DNA of 64,000 bases. Source: Gammaproteobacteria bacterium. Lineage in GTDB: Bacteria; Pseudomonadota; Gammaproteobacteria; CAJXQU01. The position numbers and the translations under genes are program-made. The notes under the pieces are model-generated. The model did not search any database, was not told where the DNA came from, and saw only the letters and a program-made list of their open reading frames with translations. Positions 63,540 to 64,000 of this stretch are shown piece by piece (the stretch's first letter is position 1; the number at the start of each line of letters is the position of its first letter). Location of the stretch: the NCBI GenBank assembly GCA_026984775.1, contig JALSRM010000069.1, positions 28,939 to 92,938 on the forward strand, written 5' to 3'.

Positions 63540-64000
63540 TTAAAGCATGAGTAGTGCTTCCTGCTCTTCCTCCGACGGCTCAAAACCACGGTGTTCATAA
63601 TATTTGAAAATGGCATCGACGACGCTATCTGCATCATCTTTCACTGAAAATAAATCCATATCTTTAGGACTGATCGTACCATTTTCCACCAAGGATTCCT
63701 TAAACCAGTCCACAAGCCCCTCCCAGAAGGTCGATCCGACCAAAATGATCGGAATCTTAGCTGTTTTTTCAGTCTGAACGAGGGTCAGGATCTCGGCCAG
63801 CTCATCGAGTGTTCCAAACCCTCCTGGCATCACCACATAGGCGGAGGCGTATTTTACGAACATGACCTTGCGTGAAAAGAAATGGCGAAACGTCAGGCTA
63901 ATGTCCTGGAAAGGGTTGCCCGACTGTTCATGAGGCAGTTTGATATTCAACCCAATACTGGGCGAAGGTCCGCCATAGGCACCCCTGTTGCCTGCTTCCA
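63540..64000 (-). CDS. LOG-family (TIGR00730) nucleotide 5'-monophosphate nucleosidase-like protein, N-terminus beyond window edge
   Basis: The PGGFGTLDELAEILTLVQT motif is typical of the LOG family. The reading frame stays open upstream of the ORF-track TTG at 63950 up to the window end (...EAGNRGAYGGPSPSIGLNIKL...). Confidence 0.75.
   Translation of the reverse strand, partial: EAGNRGAYGGPSPSIGLNIKLPHEQSGNPFQDISLTFRHFFSRKVMFVKYASAYVVMPGGFGTLDELAEILTLVQTEKTAKIPIILVGSTFWEGLVDWFKESLVENGTISPKDMDLFSVKDDADSVVDAIFKYYEHRGFEPSEEEQEALLML

Overview
Gammaproteobacterial-type chromosomal window (about 45% GC by eye), densely coding. The left third is accessory-like; the right two thirds is the conserved translation/transcription core.

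Left third (1-29.4 kb):
- An unusual three-gene sensory cluster: a membrane protein with a degenerate receiver (REC) domain and an HPt-like C-terminus, a hybrid histidine kinase with two receivers and an HPt-like domain, and a REC-PAS-GGDEF-EAL protein.
- A 770-bp gene-free gap between convergent genes.
- A four-gene operon: ABC ATPase, ABC-2 permease, GldG-like protein, DUF4340 protein.
- ampG and a PEP-CTERM protein.
- tsaD divergent from the rpsU-(GatB/YqeY)-dnaG-rpoD operon, followed by a tRNA with anticodon CAT (probably tRNA-Ile2).
- A bactofilin gene.
- prfA-prmC, a 56-codon coupled small ORF, moeB and a JAMM/MPN peptidase.
- yaaA, a soluble chemoreceptor with a zinc-binding (CZB) domain, and ettA.

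Right two thirds (29.4-61.4 kb), all on the minus strand:
- The tRNA-Tyr/Gly/Thr-tufB-tRNA-Trp-secE-nusG-rplKAJL-rpoBC cluster.
- The str operon (rpsL-rpsG-fusA-tufA) running straight into the S10, spc and alpha operons (rpsJ ... rplQ).
- Two EF-Tu copies that appear nucleotide-identical over exactly the coding sequence.

Window end: an alpha/beta hydrolase, nadA, a small secreted protein and a LOG-family gene cut by the window edge.

No CRISPR arrays, IS elements or phage genes were recognised. The most interesting material is the degenerate phosphorelay/c-di-GMP cluster at 174-7061 and the moeB-JAMM pair with its coupled micro-ORF.
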